The translations under genes and the position numbers were made by a program. Shown here piece by piece: positions 40,093 to 49,849 of a stretch of DNA of 64,000 nucleotides. The first letter of the stretch is position 1. Each line of letters starts with the position of its first letter. Source of the DNA: a virus; IMG/VR virus record IMGVR_UViG_3300042882_000899, positions 1-64,000 of that record; one strand, given 5' to 3'. The notes under the pieces were generated by a model, which saw only the letters and a program-made list of their open reading frames with translations, did no database searches and was not told the origin of the DNA.

Positions 40093-40440
40093 ATGAAGAA
40101 TTTAAATCAGGTATTTAAGCCTTATAAGGCTCAGTTTGATAGATGCCCTATACATATTAAGATCCTAGCCATATTGTGCGTTATGTACCTATCTGTCCCA
40201 ATTGACCCATTTGATATACTATTCCCCTGGGCGGCATTCTCAGATGATATATTCATAGCAGGCATCCTACTCAAGATATTGCACAAACACGGCGGGCTAC
40301 CAGAAGAAGATAGAACTACCCCTATAGATCTACTAAGAGATATATTCAAGAGAACAGATAAGAAACAAGAAGATACTTCCTTGGCAGTACATTTATTTAA
40401 AGATAATGTATGCAAGGATTGTGGATTGAAGCAAGTATGA
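40093..40440 (+). CDS. DUF1232/YkvA-like protein
   Basis: YLSVPIDPFD...DD. Confidence 0.65.
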   Translation: MKNLNQVFKPYKAQFDRCPIHIKILAILCVMYLSVPIDPFDILFPWAAFSDDIFIAGILLKILHKHGGLPEEDRTTPIDLLRDIFKRTDKKQEDTSLAVHLFKDNVCKDCGLKQV

Positions 40441-40645
40441 AAGAAGAATTAGATCCATTAGGCATATCTTGGAAAGATGCACCAGATTGGTGTGATGATT
40501 GCAATTCAAATCCTGGAGAAAAATGTCCAGATTGTGGCTATACACACAATTGCTAGAGCTCCACAAATAGGGACATATTAGCTCCTAACTACTATATCCC
40601 CCCTCCCTTTATCTCCCTTGTATCAGCCTCCTAGAGGCTTATATA

Positions 40646-40671
40646 GTGGAGTATTGTGGAGTAAAGTGGAG
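40646..40671 (+). promoter_or_regulatory. MraZ-like triple box
   Basis: GTGGAG-N4-GTGGAG-N4-GTGGAG. Confidence 0.55.
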
Positions 40672-41067
40672 AATCATACTATCAATTAATGTCTAAATAC
40701 TATCATTATATATATCTAAACATATGTATGTAATGGAACGCTACCATTTGATGTTCATAATGTCAATAGCGCCTATATAAAGCATATTGGCCAATATATG
40801 TCAATAGATATTCCAGGAAATTTTTTTATTTGTTCGTAAAGAGCAATTTTGGCCCATATTTATGGCAAAAATTATGTCAAATTCTGCATGATTTGTCTCA
40901 TATAATGAGATATTCTATGCACATTTTGACAGATTATATTAGATTTAATACAAATTCCAGGGCATTTTTATATGTGATCGTAAAGAGAAAATTTGGCCCA
41001 TAAGATGGGCATACAAAAATGGGACATATAGCTAATTAAAGCCATATGCCCCATAGGGGAAGTTATC

Positions 41068-41412
41068 TTAGAATGAATCCAAGTCCATTATGTATTTACT
41101 ATCTCTTACTCTTGTTTCTTCAAGGGATTGGATTGTTAGGTTTCTATCCACCGCCCCGTATTTTGCTTCCAGGATGTCATTGAGAGCATCTGCCATAAGC
41201 AATCCTTCGGATGTGTATCCTTTATCCCATTCTGACTTTAATCTAAGGGAATTGTATTGGATAATGTATCTAACTAGTTCCATTAGCCTGTCTTGGGTAT
41301 ACAAGGTATGTTCAGTTGTTAATACATTTGCCATTACAGCAGGTGAGAAGTTAGCATTATTTAGATAGTCTGTTAGTTTTTCTGCCGCTTTGAATTCGTT
41401 TGCTTTAGCCAT
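41068..41412 (-). CDS. hypothetical early protein
   Basis: Own promoter and AACGAAAGG leader. Confidence 0.75.
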   Translation of the reverse strand: MAKANEFKAAEKLTDYLNNANFSPAVMANVLTTEHTLYTQDRLMELVRYIIQYNSLRLKSEWDKGYTSEGLLMADALNDILEAKYGAVDRNLTIQSLEETRVRDSKYIMDLDSF

Positions 41413-41509
41413 TGAGTTCCGCCTTTCGTTTTGATTATACCATTGACCACTGACATTTGTAAATGAAGGGGGACCCGCCTCAGCAGAGGCAGGTCCCCAC
41501 AGTTAGTTG

Positions 41510-41662
41510 TTACTTGACGTTCTTCTTGTCTGTGAAGACTACGCCTTCTTGTGCTGCCTTGCTGATAGCTCCTAGAGCTGCTGCTGAAAAGCGACCACGC
41601 TTGCCTACAGAAATGCCCTGGGTCTTTAGGTACTCACGAGTTGTTGTTGGTGTTGATGTCAT
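41510..41662 (-). CDS. Lsr2-like DNA-binding-domain-only protein (absent from ORF track)
   Basis: TREYLKTQGISVGKRGRFSAAAL; SD GAAAGGA; followed by a GC hairpin. Confidence 0.7.
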   Translation of the reverse strand: MTSTPTTTREYLKTQGISVGKRGRFSAAALGAISKAAQEGVVFTDKKNVK

Positions 41663-41812
41663 TTAGTTTGATCCTTTCTAGATCGAGTTGTTATATATAT
41701 TATATCCGAATTTCGGGGATTTGTAAATAGAGTCGTAAAGCAATATTTTTGCCCGTCTCCCTTAGATTGATGACCGTTATGTCCGAATTGTCCATAACGG
41801 TCCAACCTATCT

Positions 41813-43309
41813 TTATTTAGTTGTTACTTCTAGTTCTACTACATTGTATGGCTCAATCAGGTCATCAGTTGGAATCTCAGTCCAGCCCTCTGCAGGAATC
41901 CTAAGCGCTGACTCCCATGCAAGGTCGTGAGACTCTGCGTTAATGATTACATAAAACTCTTGCTTGCGGTCACCATAGATTTTATAGTCTTGTCTCATAG
42001 TCCCACCTGTTCTACCCTATCTTTAATTAGTTTAGCAATGATGTTATGGGCCTCGATGTTTTCAGTTTCGCTGCCACCCCATAGCAAAGCTTGGGCCTTG
42101 CTAAGTTGATCGTTTAAGTATTCATCACTCATCTTCATCTTCGTCTTCTTCCTCTTCCCACTCAGGGTCAGTAATGTAGTCACGATTCAACATCCACTCT
42201 AGGACATCGTCTTGGTGCTGTTCTGCACCGTATTCCAAGGAAAAGCCTTGTCCAGCCTCCACAGCCTCGCACAGGTGGTTCCACATGTCATCTTGGGTAA
42301 CCTTAGCATTGTAGTTCTCATCATCTAAGATGTTATTAATAGTTGACCATGTCCATAGCCAAACAAGCGATAGGCCAAGGTCGGTGCTGTCTAGAATCTC
42401 TAAACACTTGTTTAGTTTATCTTTATCTTCAGGCTTCATTCAATGGCTCCGAATCTATTCTCTCTTGAATTGCAAATGAGAGTTGATATGTTAGTTGATA
42501 CAGGTCAACTAGCATGTCGAGTCGTCCTTCACACTCTGTACGGACCATAGAGTCCATTGCCTCTTCGGACCTTTCTTCTTGTGCTAATGCCTCTGATAGG
42601 TCTTGCTCAGCAATTAGCATTAGATTCTTTAGTTCACCATGCAAGATATCAAGGCCTGATACTCCAGCATTAACCATGCGTTGCAAATGGGGCGGGAGCC
42701 CAATGTCTTCTGCAGTCATATTCATTAATATACCCTTTCGTTATCAAGCATTATATCAGTTGCCACTGACAAAATATGTTCCATAGTATCAATTGCTCCT
42801 GTGTAATATGCATCTGATTCAAAGTACTCATCTTCATTTAAAGGTATGTTATTTCTAGCATCCTCTAAATCTTGTTCTAAACTAATCTTATGTATCTTTA
42901 GATATTCCATAAAATGTGATGACCTAGTCAAAATAACCCTCCGCCCATAGTCCCTGGAGAAAACTAACTGTCATCTCCAAATCATTTCTAAGTTGTGTCT
43001 TGTCCATTAAATCGGACGGGGATCGAAGATAGAATAACTTAGCATCATGTACTGAGTTAATCATAGTATCTAAATCTTTTTTCTCATATCCTAACATCAT
43101 AAGCAGAACTCATCTCCTTCAATATATCCATAGTATTCATTGTATGATTGTTTTAAGTTATCAGGTGCAAATTGCATAAACTTAAATTCTGCATAATCTG
43201 TACCTTCATCTAAATTAGCATTGTTCCATTGCTCAAATAGATGTTGCTCAATATCTACTTGAATTGCTCCAAGAAGATGTTCTCCTACTGTATCTGTAAA
43301 TGCTTCCAT
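41813..43309 (-). other. run of seven coupled small hypothetical ORFs
   Basis: 41813-41998, 41995-42138, 42125-42439, 42429-42725, 42725-42931, 42924-43100, 43097-43309. Confidence 0.7.
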
Positions 43310-44043
43310 TATGCTTCCGCCTTTCTATATTCAGGAACTTTGGTTTCTAAGTATACACTATGGGTCTGACATTCTTTAACAGCCTCTAGGTCTGCCTCGC
43401 CAAGCCAGTTGCAAGCACCGCAGATTTCTCCACATTCATTCTCGCAGTATTCCATTTGATTAGTTGCATCACAATCACGGCACATGTTATCATATTCTGA
43501 TTCTGAGATAACTTCACCACGGAGGAATTCCATTTCCCCACCCCAACCTGTTTCTTCTTCATATGATAAAGTAAATAGTAGTGTTGGGTATTGTGCAGAT
43601 AGTTTAGAGATAGCACCAAGAGGCCGTGACCATGCAGTATTAAAGTTATAATGAACTACATAGTTCTCGCCATTCTCGGCTTCCTCGATAGTTGTATCAG
43701 GATACTTGTCATCTTCTGATACAGCAACATCCCACTTAGTACCCCACTCACGAACATTAAAGTTGTACCAGTCATTGGTCTCAAACTTCATTGCCTGAGA
43801 AAAGTCGGTGGAACGAGGAGGTTGTCCATGATATACCTCATCAGTAATACCAGCATCCTTATATGAATAGATATTATGAAAAGCAAAGATAGGATTAACA
43901 TACTTAGTCTGCTTGACATCATATGATAAATCACCTACAGGTGTAATAGAATAAACAAATGGCTTATTCATCTGCTTGATTAGATTTTTAACTTGCTCAG
44001 GATTACCTTCAATAGTTAATCCATTAAATACCCAGTTTGGCAT
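43309..44043 (-). CDS. DUF1281/YubB-ferredoxin-like protein
   Basis: MPNW, WY.FN..WGTKWD, FNTAWS.P. Confidence 0.75.
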   Translation of the reverse strand: MPNWVFNGLTIEGNPEQVKNLIKQMNKPFVYSITPVGDLSYDVKQTKYVNPIFAFHNIYSYKDAGITDEVYHGQPPRSTDFSQAMKFETNDWYNFNVREWGTKWDVAVSEDDKYPDTTIEEAENGENYVVHYNFNTAWSRPLGAISKLSAQYPTLLFTLSYEEETGWGGEMEFLRGEVISESEYDNMCRDCDATNQMEYCENECGEICGACNWLGEADLEAVKECQTHSVYLETKVPEYRKAEA

Positions 44044-44267
44044 TTTATATCCTTTCGTTGATATGTTCCTATTATATATTAGACCACTGACAAATGTCTA
44101 TATGATATGGGTCACAAACGATAATTTGACCCCTCCAAATTAGTGTTTACACTTCTATATGTAAATCAATATAGATGTGTAAGCTTTGTGGTCAAGATCA
44201 TAGCAAATTCCAGGGAATATAATTGACAGTCGTAACGACAATATGCTACCCTCATGTCTTTGCGGGC

Positions 44268-44297
44268 AAAGAAAAACCCCCCAGCTAGTGGGGGGTC
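44268..44297 (-). terminator. intrinsic terminator
   Basis: CCCCCC-ACTAGCT-GGGGGG followed by TTTTTCTTT. Confidence 0.75.
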
Positions 44298-44417
44298 TTG
44301 AATAATGGCTGCCTGGATTTCCAACGAAAGAAATAAACCCGCTTTACTTAGCGCCTGGCCATTGAGACTGATAGACGCACCATTATATTTCCTATTAAAA
44401 CCAGGACCTTAGTCCTA
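44268..44417 (-). ncRNA. candidate small RNA with an anti-leader loop
   Basis: TGGTATAAT at 44423-44431, 5' hairpin, loop AUUUCUUUCGUUGG, intrinsic terminator. Confidence 0.55.
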
Positions 44418-44423
44418 GTCTAA

Positions 44424-45356
44424 TTATACCATAACTAGTCGACTGTATTTGTCTACGAATGCCGCCAAGGATAGACTGAATACAACCGTGCTCATATCTT
44501 CCTCGTACAGTGTAAACGTTTGAGAGGCCCAGTTAATTACAGGCACCTTGTGTTCGTTGTCCCCTAGTTGATTTACGTAGAGCCCCCATGATAATGTTTG
44601 ATTCCAGTCTTCTCCAATTAAATGAGAGATTGCAATACGTGTTGCATATGATGGGTCCTGCCAACGTGTCTCTGCAGCGCTAACAGCATTTGCCAGTTTG
44701 GCTAGCATGTCGTGGCCTGCCCAGTGCCCGTATAAAAATATTGTATCGCCTTTTTGGTCTTTAAACCCAAAGTTTGCTCTGTCGCCCATATTATTCCGCC
44801 GTTTCTAAAGTAGGTACTGCTTCTTCTATTTTGTTTAATTCTATCACTTCGTATGCGACCTTGTCAAGGCCACGCTTGCTTGCATTGTAGTGGTGACCGC
44901 AAAAGAACAGTTCACCTTCTACTAGTTTAACTAAGTACATTGCTTGAGCTGTGTTACATTGATCACATGCTATCCATCTTGTTAGATCTTCCGTTGTCAT
45001 AGTTTTCCTCCTTCGATCATCTCAGATAGACGGTCAAGGATCCAGGAATCAATGTCGTTGATATCAATCTCTGACAACTTTTCCATGATCTCTTCACGAG
45101 CAAACTTATATCCATCTGCCCAGCCATCTTTATATTCTGACATAATCTCTCCTTAGTAACCTGTTGTTTCGTAGTCTGATATGTATGATTCAGTTAAGTT
45201 GTACTTATCACGCAGACGACTTACTTTCTCAATACTACCAGTTCCAATGTTGAATGTCAATGGAGCCATTCTCTGCGGGTCGAGTCCGTTGATTTCTGCA
45301 TCCCAATAGGCCCTCTCCATGGAGAGCCTATTAGGAGCGGTGAGTTCAAAATACAT
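44424..45356 (-). other. four small hypothetical ORFs
   Basis: 44424-44789 (LYGHWAG), 44791-45000 (CxxC..CGHH), 44997-45143, 45153-45356. Confidence 0.7.
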
Positions 45357-46012
45357 TATGCCTCCCTAACGTTGCAAACTTCGGTGTCATCAATTGTGAT
45401 GTTTCCGTCATTTGATTCAGCATATAATGAATCTGTTATAACTGACTCAAGGTCGTACTCTGAATAATCTGATAGAACATCATATGAATATGTTCCAGTA
45501 ACTTCTACAGATGCAGTAAACTGAACTTCCTTGATAAGTTCGATACCAAGCGCTTCAGCAATGTCACGCAATGTATCTTGGTCTTGTGAATCTGCATATG
45601 CCTCGCAGATGATTTCCTTGACTGCATCAATCTTAGATTGAATAGAACTTAAAGTCTTCTGCGATTGACGGGCATTGTGAAGGTCCCATTCAATACTGGT
45701 AACCTTATCTGTAATGTACTCAGGATTAGAATAACCGTTAATCTTTTTATATGTTACTAATAGATTAGAGTTATATGTATCTGGTACCAAGTGCTCTGTT
45801 GTTTCCATTTTTTCCTCTTTCGTTTGGGTTAAGGGTGTAATTGTAGCATGCTCCACTGACAATAATGTAGTCTTACGCCCGCATGGGCATGTGAGTTCTG
45901 TCACACCTGAAGGAAAGCCAAATCCATCAGATGATGTAAGTTCAATTAAACAATCGCAATGCTCAGGATCACATGCGAATGTGTATTTACTTGATATGAG
46001 TTCGTTGGTCAT
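45356..46012 (-). CDS. hypothetical protein with long (46012) and short (45808) in-frame starts
   Basis: Two nested promoters; Cys-rich N-terminal extension. Confidence 0.7.
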   Translation of the reverse strand: MTNELISSKYTFACDPEHCDCLIELTSSDGFGFPSGVTELTCPCGRKTTLLSVEHATITPLTQTKEEKMETTEHLVPDTYNSNLLVTYKKINGYSNPEYITDKVTSIEWDLHNARQSQKTLSSIQSKIDAVKEIICEAYADSQDQDTLRDIAEALGIELIKEVQFTASVEVTGTYSYDVLSDYSEYDLESVITDSLYAESNDGNITIDDTEVCNVREA

Positions 46013-46113
46013 GAAGAGAATTATACACCAGGCCACTGACATTTACAATAGATTCCAGGGAATATTTGTGTGAGTCGTAACACACTTTTTGCCCCCTTAG
46101 CTTTGAGGGCGCT

Positions 46114-46190
46114 TGGCGATCCATATCGGACTTGAACCGACGGCCTCTACCGTGACAGGGTAGCGCTCTAACCAACTGAGCTAATGGACC
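46114..46190 (-). tRNA. tRNA-Asp(GTC) with encoded CCA
   Basis: Canonical cloverleaf, CTACC-CTGTCAC-GGTAG. Confidence 0.92.
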
Positions 46191-46201
46191 AAGAAAAATT
46201 G

Positions 46202-46229
46202 TGAGCAGTTTTTAATCATGCTCAGGATT
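46202..46229 (-). ncRNA. 3'-UTR pseudoknot motif, copy 3
   Basis: AATC-CTGAGCAT-GATT-AAAAAC-TGCTCA. Confidence 0.55.
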
Positions 46230-46236
46230 TTATTTA

Positions 46237-47244
46237 TTAAAACGCAGAAACTAATTTTTTAATTTTATTTTTTTCTGCGGTTAGAATTGGGTCAAAGCCT
46301 GATGCACCAGCCATAAGTGTTTCAGAATTGCCACGACCTGAACGATAATAGTCAAGGCGTTCAGTAAGTGCATTGAAAGCACCCCACTTTGTACCCTTGA
46401 TGTTAGCGTTAGTTGGTGAGTTATGATAAAGGTCATCAAGCAAAACGACTTTATTCTCCCACTTAGTTAGCGCAACTTTAGCAGCATCCTTATCTGGCTT
46501 AGGATAAATTGTCTGAATCAACTTTGAGAATTCTGCATCAGTAATTGATTGAGAATAAAGTGCTTGCGCTTCCTTCTCAAATTCATCAAAGTATCCAAGA
46601 GCAAGACCAAGAGTCTCACGAGCAACTTGGATGCGACCTTCAACAGATTGCGTGTGGCGAATCTTAAATGATTGCTTTGCATTACGCATTGCAAGATTAA
46701 GAGTGTTTTGGCATACTACACGAACAGGGGTAACAGCAGCCTGAACAGCCACAGACCCGTCATGAGATGTCCATACGATTAGATACAACTTAGTTGCATC
46801 ATTTGCGCCTTGTGGGTCAAGCACCATTGTGCGAGGAATGTCCACAGTACCAAATACAACTTTACCGCTACGCAATGAGCCAGCAGACTCCCAGCGACAG
46901 TCAGCGTTTGCATCATGAATTGCATCAGCAAATGCAAATAGTTCCTCATTCTGCACAGGCTTGTAACGCTTGCCAACAGTGGCAAGAACATCAGTACCCT
47001 GATTGAATGGGTTATCACGAATAACTAACTGAGCATTTGATACATCATTCCATGTATCGGAGATGTGGTCAGTTAGTGGAGATAGACGAACATTCCAATT
47101 GGAAAGTTTTGCCTCATCCAACATCATTTGAGTTGTAACATCCTCATCTTGTGTAAAGATGCGATTTGCGAGATTGTGCCATGCAGGTGCGCCACGCAAT
47201 GCAAAAGCAACTTGACCATTTTCGGTTTCTAGATTATGAGCCAT
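46237..47244 (-). CDS. DUF932-family phage/plasmid protein
   Basis: MAHNLE...PAWH, Y.PVQNEE.F, SHDGS, TPVRVVCQNTL, RHT. Confidence 0.88.
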   Translation of the reverse strand: MAHNLETENGQVAFALRGAPAWHNLANRIFTQDEDVTTQMMLDEAKLSNWNVRLSPLTDHISDTWNDVSNAQLVIRDNPFNQGTDVLATVGKRYKPVQNEELFAFADAIHDANADCRWESAGSLRSGKVVFGTVDIPRTMVLDPQGANDATKLYLIVWTSHDGSVAVQAAVTPVRVVCQNTLNLAMRNAKQSFKIRHTQSVEGRIQVARETLGLALGYFDEFEKEAQALYSQSITDAEFSKLIQTIYPKPDKDAAKVALTKWENKVVLLDDLYHNSPTNANIKGTKWGAFNALTERLDYYRSGRGNSETLMAGASGFDPILTAEKNKIKKLVSAF

Positions 47245-47444
47245 TTATTTTTTACCTTTCGTTTGATTAGTTGTAAGTATAACAGAACCCACTGACAAAT
47301 ACTAGTCTAGTTACATTATGTCTCATTATGTGGGATGTGATCAATCTCACAAAATTCCAGGGATATCCACAGGCAGTCGTAACCCTGTGGATAACCCCTC
47401 AGATTTACGGGCCAGCTGCAGAGAATGCAGCCAGTGTTAGATCT

Positions 47445-47699
47445 TTAAAGACCTAACTCATCCCTAGTTAATTTATTTGTTCTCCCATAATTAATAACTT
47501 CGGACGGGAGGTAAAGAGCAGTAGTCTTAGTCTTCTTCAATGTATCATACACATAAGCACGTACATCACCAAAGAAGTTACGTCGATTAGAAAATGCTAA
47601 CTCAGTTAAGTATTCTTTATCTACGCCTTGCTCTGAATAAATTGTTAAATCATTTAACTTATTTGCGTCATAAATTTCTACACGAAATCTATTTTTCAT
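47445..47699 (-). CDS. hypothetical early protein
   Basis: SD plus ORF. Confidence 0.65.
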   Translation of the reverse strand: MKNRFRVEIYDANKLNDLTIYSEQGVDKEYLTELAFSNRRNFFGDVRAYVYDTLKKTKTTALYLPSEVINYGRTNKLTRDELGL

Positions 47700-47734
47700 T
47701 TTGTTACCTTTGTTAGTGGTTGTCCCCGAAGGGA

Positions 47735-47761
47735 GAGCAGTTTGGCGACATACTCAGGTCG
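47735..47761 (-). ncRNA. 3'-UTR pseudoknot motif, copy 4
   Basis: CGAC-CTGAGTAT-GTCG-CCAAAC-TGCTC followed by a UUCG hairpin. Confidence 0.55.
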
Positions 47762-47770
47762 TTGGATTGT

Positions 47771-48187
47771 TTAGAGATACTTAGCAATTTGCTTCATTGT
47801 AGAAGCATTTACTGTTTCCTCATCTGTCATCTTGAGAATTGTGAGAGCATTTGTGATGTCCTCTTTCATTTCCTTATACTGCCATTGTTGTATAGTCTCA
47901 AAGTCCTTCTCAGGCTCAGCAGGGAAATCGCTTTCGCCTGTTGTGATGTCAAAATCAACATTGAGAGTTTTGTTCCATTGACGATAGTTTGTGCGAAGGT
48001 TCTCAGCCTTTGAGAAGCGGTCAATAGCCCACTTTCCAATTTCCTTCTGCCACTTTTCATAAGCCTTCTTATACTTTGCTTCGTTGGCTTCTTGTGAGGC
48101 ATAGTTCTTTTCTATTTCTGCTAGACGAGTCTCTAGTGCCTTGATTACCTTTGGTGTTGCCACCTTTACTGTGATTGCTCTACTCAT
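47771..48187 (-). CDS. hypothetical early protein
   Basis: Own promoter and leader. Confidence 0.75.
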   Translation of the reverse strand: MSRAITVKVATPKVIKALETRLAEIEKNYASQEANEAKYKKAYEKWQKEIGKWAIDRFSKAENLRTNYRQWNKTLNVDFDITTGESDFPAEPEKDFETIQQWQYKEMKEDITNALTILKMTDEETVNASTMKQIAKYL

Positions 48188-48273
48188 TGTTATTACCTTT
48201 CGTTGGTTGTTTAGTTTGTTTGAGTATTATAGCAGGGGGGTCTGACATTTCTGCGACCCCCCATGCCGTTAGA

Positions 48274-49171
48274 TTATACGCCTAGTAGGGTTTGAGCAGA
48301 TACCGAAGTCCAACGAGTTTCCTTGTTGGGCATTTCTAGTAGCACACGCACCGAGCCAGATGTTTGTGGGTGGATTTCCTTAATCACACCTGTTTTCTTT
48401 GACTTGAGAGTGGTGAATAAATCGCCCACCTGATACAACTTGTCGTTGATTGTCATTTATTGCCTCTTTTCTTTGTTAGGTTGGTAATTATAGCATTGGG
48501 GTCTGACATTAGTCTAGCCCTATCTCACTATGTGAGAAAGTTATTGTGTGATAAAAATCACAAGTATTCGGTTAGATCGCCATCCATGATCTCATTTAGC
48601 TCTAAGCCTTCTGAGTCTGCGATTGCTTCCCATAGATCCATTTCATTAAAGTCTCCATCAGGATGTCTCTCTGATAAGATAGAATAAAGATTATTCATTA
48701 GTAATCCTCCTCTGGTAGCCAAGCGTCTAAGTGGTGTTGTTCAGCAATTGCCCAAGCGGGTGCTGTTGTTCTATCTTTGTATTTCACGCCTTCAGGAAGT
48801 GCTATTGGTGCATCGTATTCTCCCGCATGGATAGCATCAATGGCATCAATGCAGGGTTGCACCATAGAAAGTGGGACGGGTGGGTAATGATTACCCTGTA
48901 AGTGATAGCCTAGTGCTACCTCTAAATCTAATTCAGTTAAATCTAATGCTGTGTTGTATCCCATTTATTCTGCCACCTTTAGAATAGCCCATGAGCCACC
49001 CTTGTTAATTTCATCTAGTGCAGGCTTAAGTGTTGGTGCAATAAGTGTTTTTAGCATTCCTTCTAGCATAAGTATTTGGTCTGACTTATCAAGTGCAAGT
49101 AGCATAGCACCTGTTGGATTAGTTTCATCAACTTCAGTTATGAAGCGGAGAGCGTGTTCGATAGTTATCAT
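48274..49171 (-). other. small early ORFs 48274-48456, 48698-48964, 48965-49171
   Basis: Each behind a promoter or coupled; HLQGNHYPPVP motif in 48698-48964. Confidence 0.7.
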
Positions 49172-49454
49172 TTTTTGCCTTTCGTTGTTGGTATAAGAGT
49201 ATTATAGCGTAGGCCACTGACAAATTGTGCAACACTCCCAAGATTAATCTAATTTATTTTGTGATTAATCTCACAAATTTCAGGGGGTTGTGGATAACGC
49301 CCGTAAGCCTGTGGATAACCCCGCAGTATTGCGGGCTTCCCGCAGCTTTTATTGATCAAATTTATTTTTATGTTTTATTTTGCGTGTGTATTTTTTTTTA
49401 TTACGAACAGGTTGCGCCGCATTACTGCGGCGCAATTCCTGAATTCGTTTTACT

Positions 49455-49646
49455 TTATCTCGAAGTGAATTTTGGAACATTGTATCCACTCGCTTCGTGA
49501 AATCGTTTTACATCAAATCGCTCATTATCTTTAGCAAACATTTCAGCGAAATCATTTACCATTTTAGAAAAAACAGCGGGGTGAGTTTTATCGCTAGCAT
49601 ACTTTAGAATTTCTGCGGTTGCGACATAATCTTTGCGTGTCATCAT
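49455..49646 (-). CDS. hypothetical protein, paralogue of the C-half of 24493-25005
   Basis: MTRKDYVATAEIL...FAKDNERFDVKRF. Confidence 0.75.
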   Translation of the reverse strand: MMTRKDYVATAEILKYASDKTHPAVFSKMVNDFAEMFAKDNERFDVKRFHEASGYNVPKFTSR

Positions 49647-49849
49647 TTTACTACGACCCTTCTGCCTTCACGATAAAAAACTTTTGTGTGGCATTTGCCA
49701 GTTGGCGTGTAAAGATTTACAGTTGCGTATTCATCAGCAAATCCCCAATCGGTAAAGCGGAAAAAGTTTTCCCACGCACCAAATTCGTTTTCGTATTCTG
49801 CCGACCAATGCGGAGCATTTGAGTCATAGGCGCAAGTTAGTTTATACAT
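49643..49849 (-). CDS. hypothetical protein, paralogue of the N-half of 24493-25005
   Basis: MYKLTCAYD...TDWGFADEYATVNLYTP. Confidence 0.75.
   Translation of the reverse strand: MYKLTCAYDSNAPHWSAEYENEFGAWENFFRFTDWGFADEYATVNLYTPTGKCHTKVFYREGRRVVVK

Noticed and set aside
40733-40747. ATGGAACGCTACCAT as a LacI-family operator
   Set aside because: One base short of the symmetric consensus, single copy
49404-49417. LexA SOS box
   Set aside because: CGAAC half-site lacks the N4-GTTCG partner; no actinobacterial SOS box found by eye
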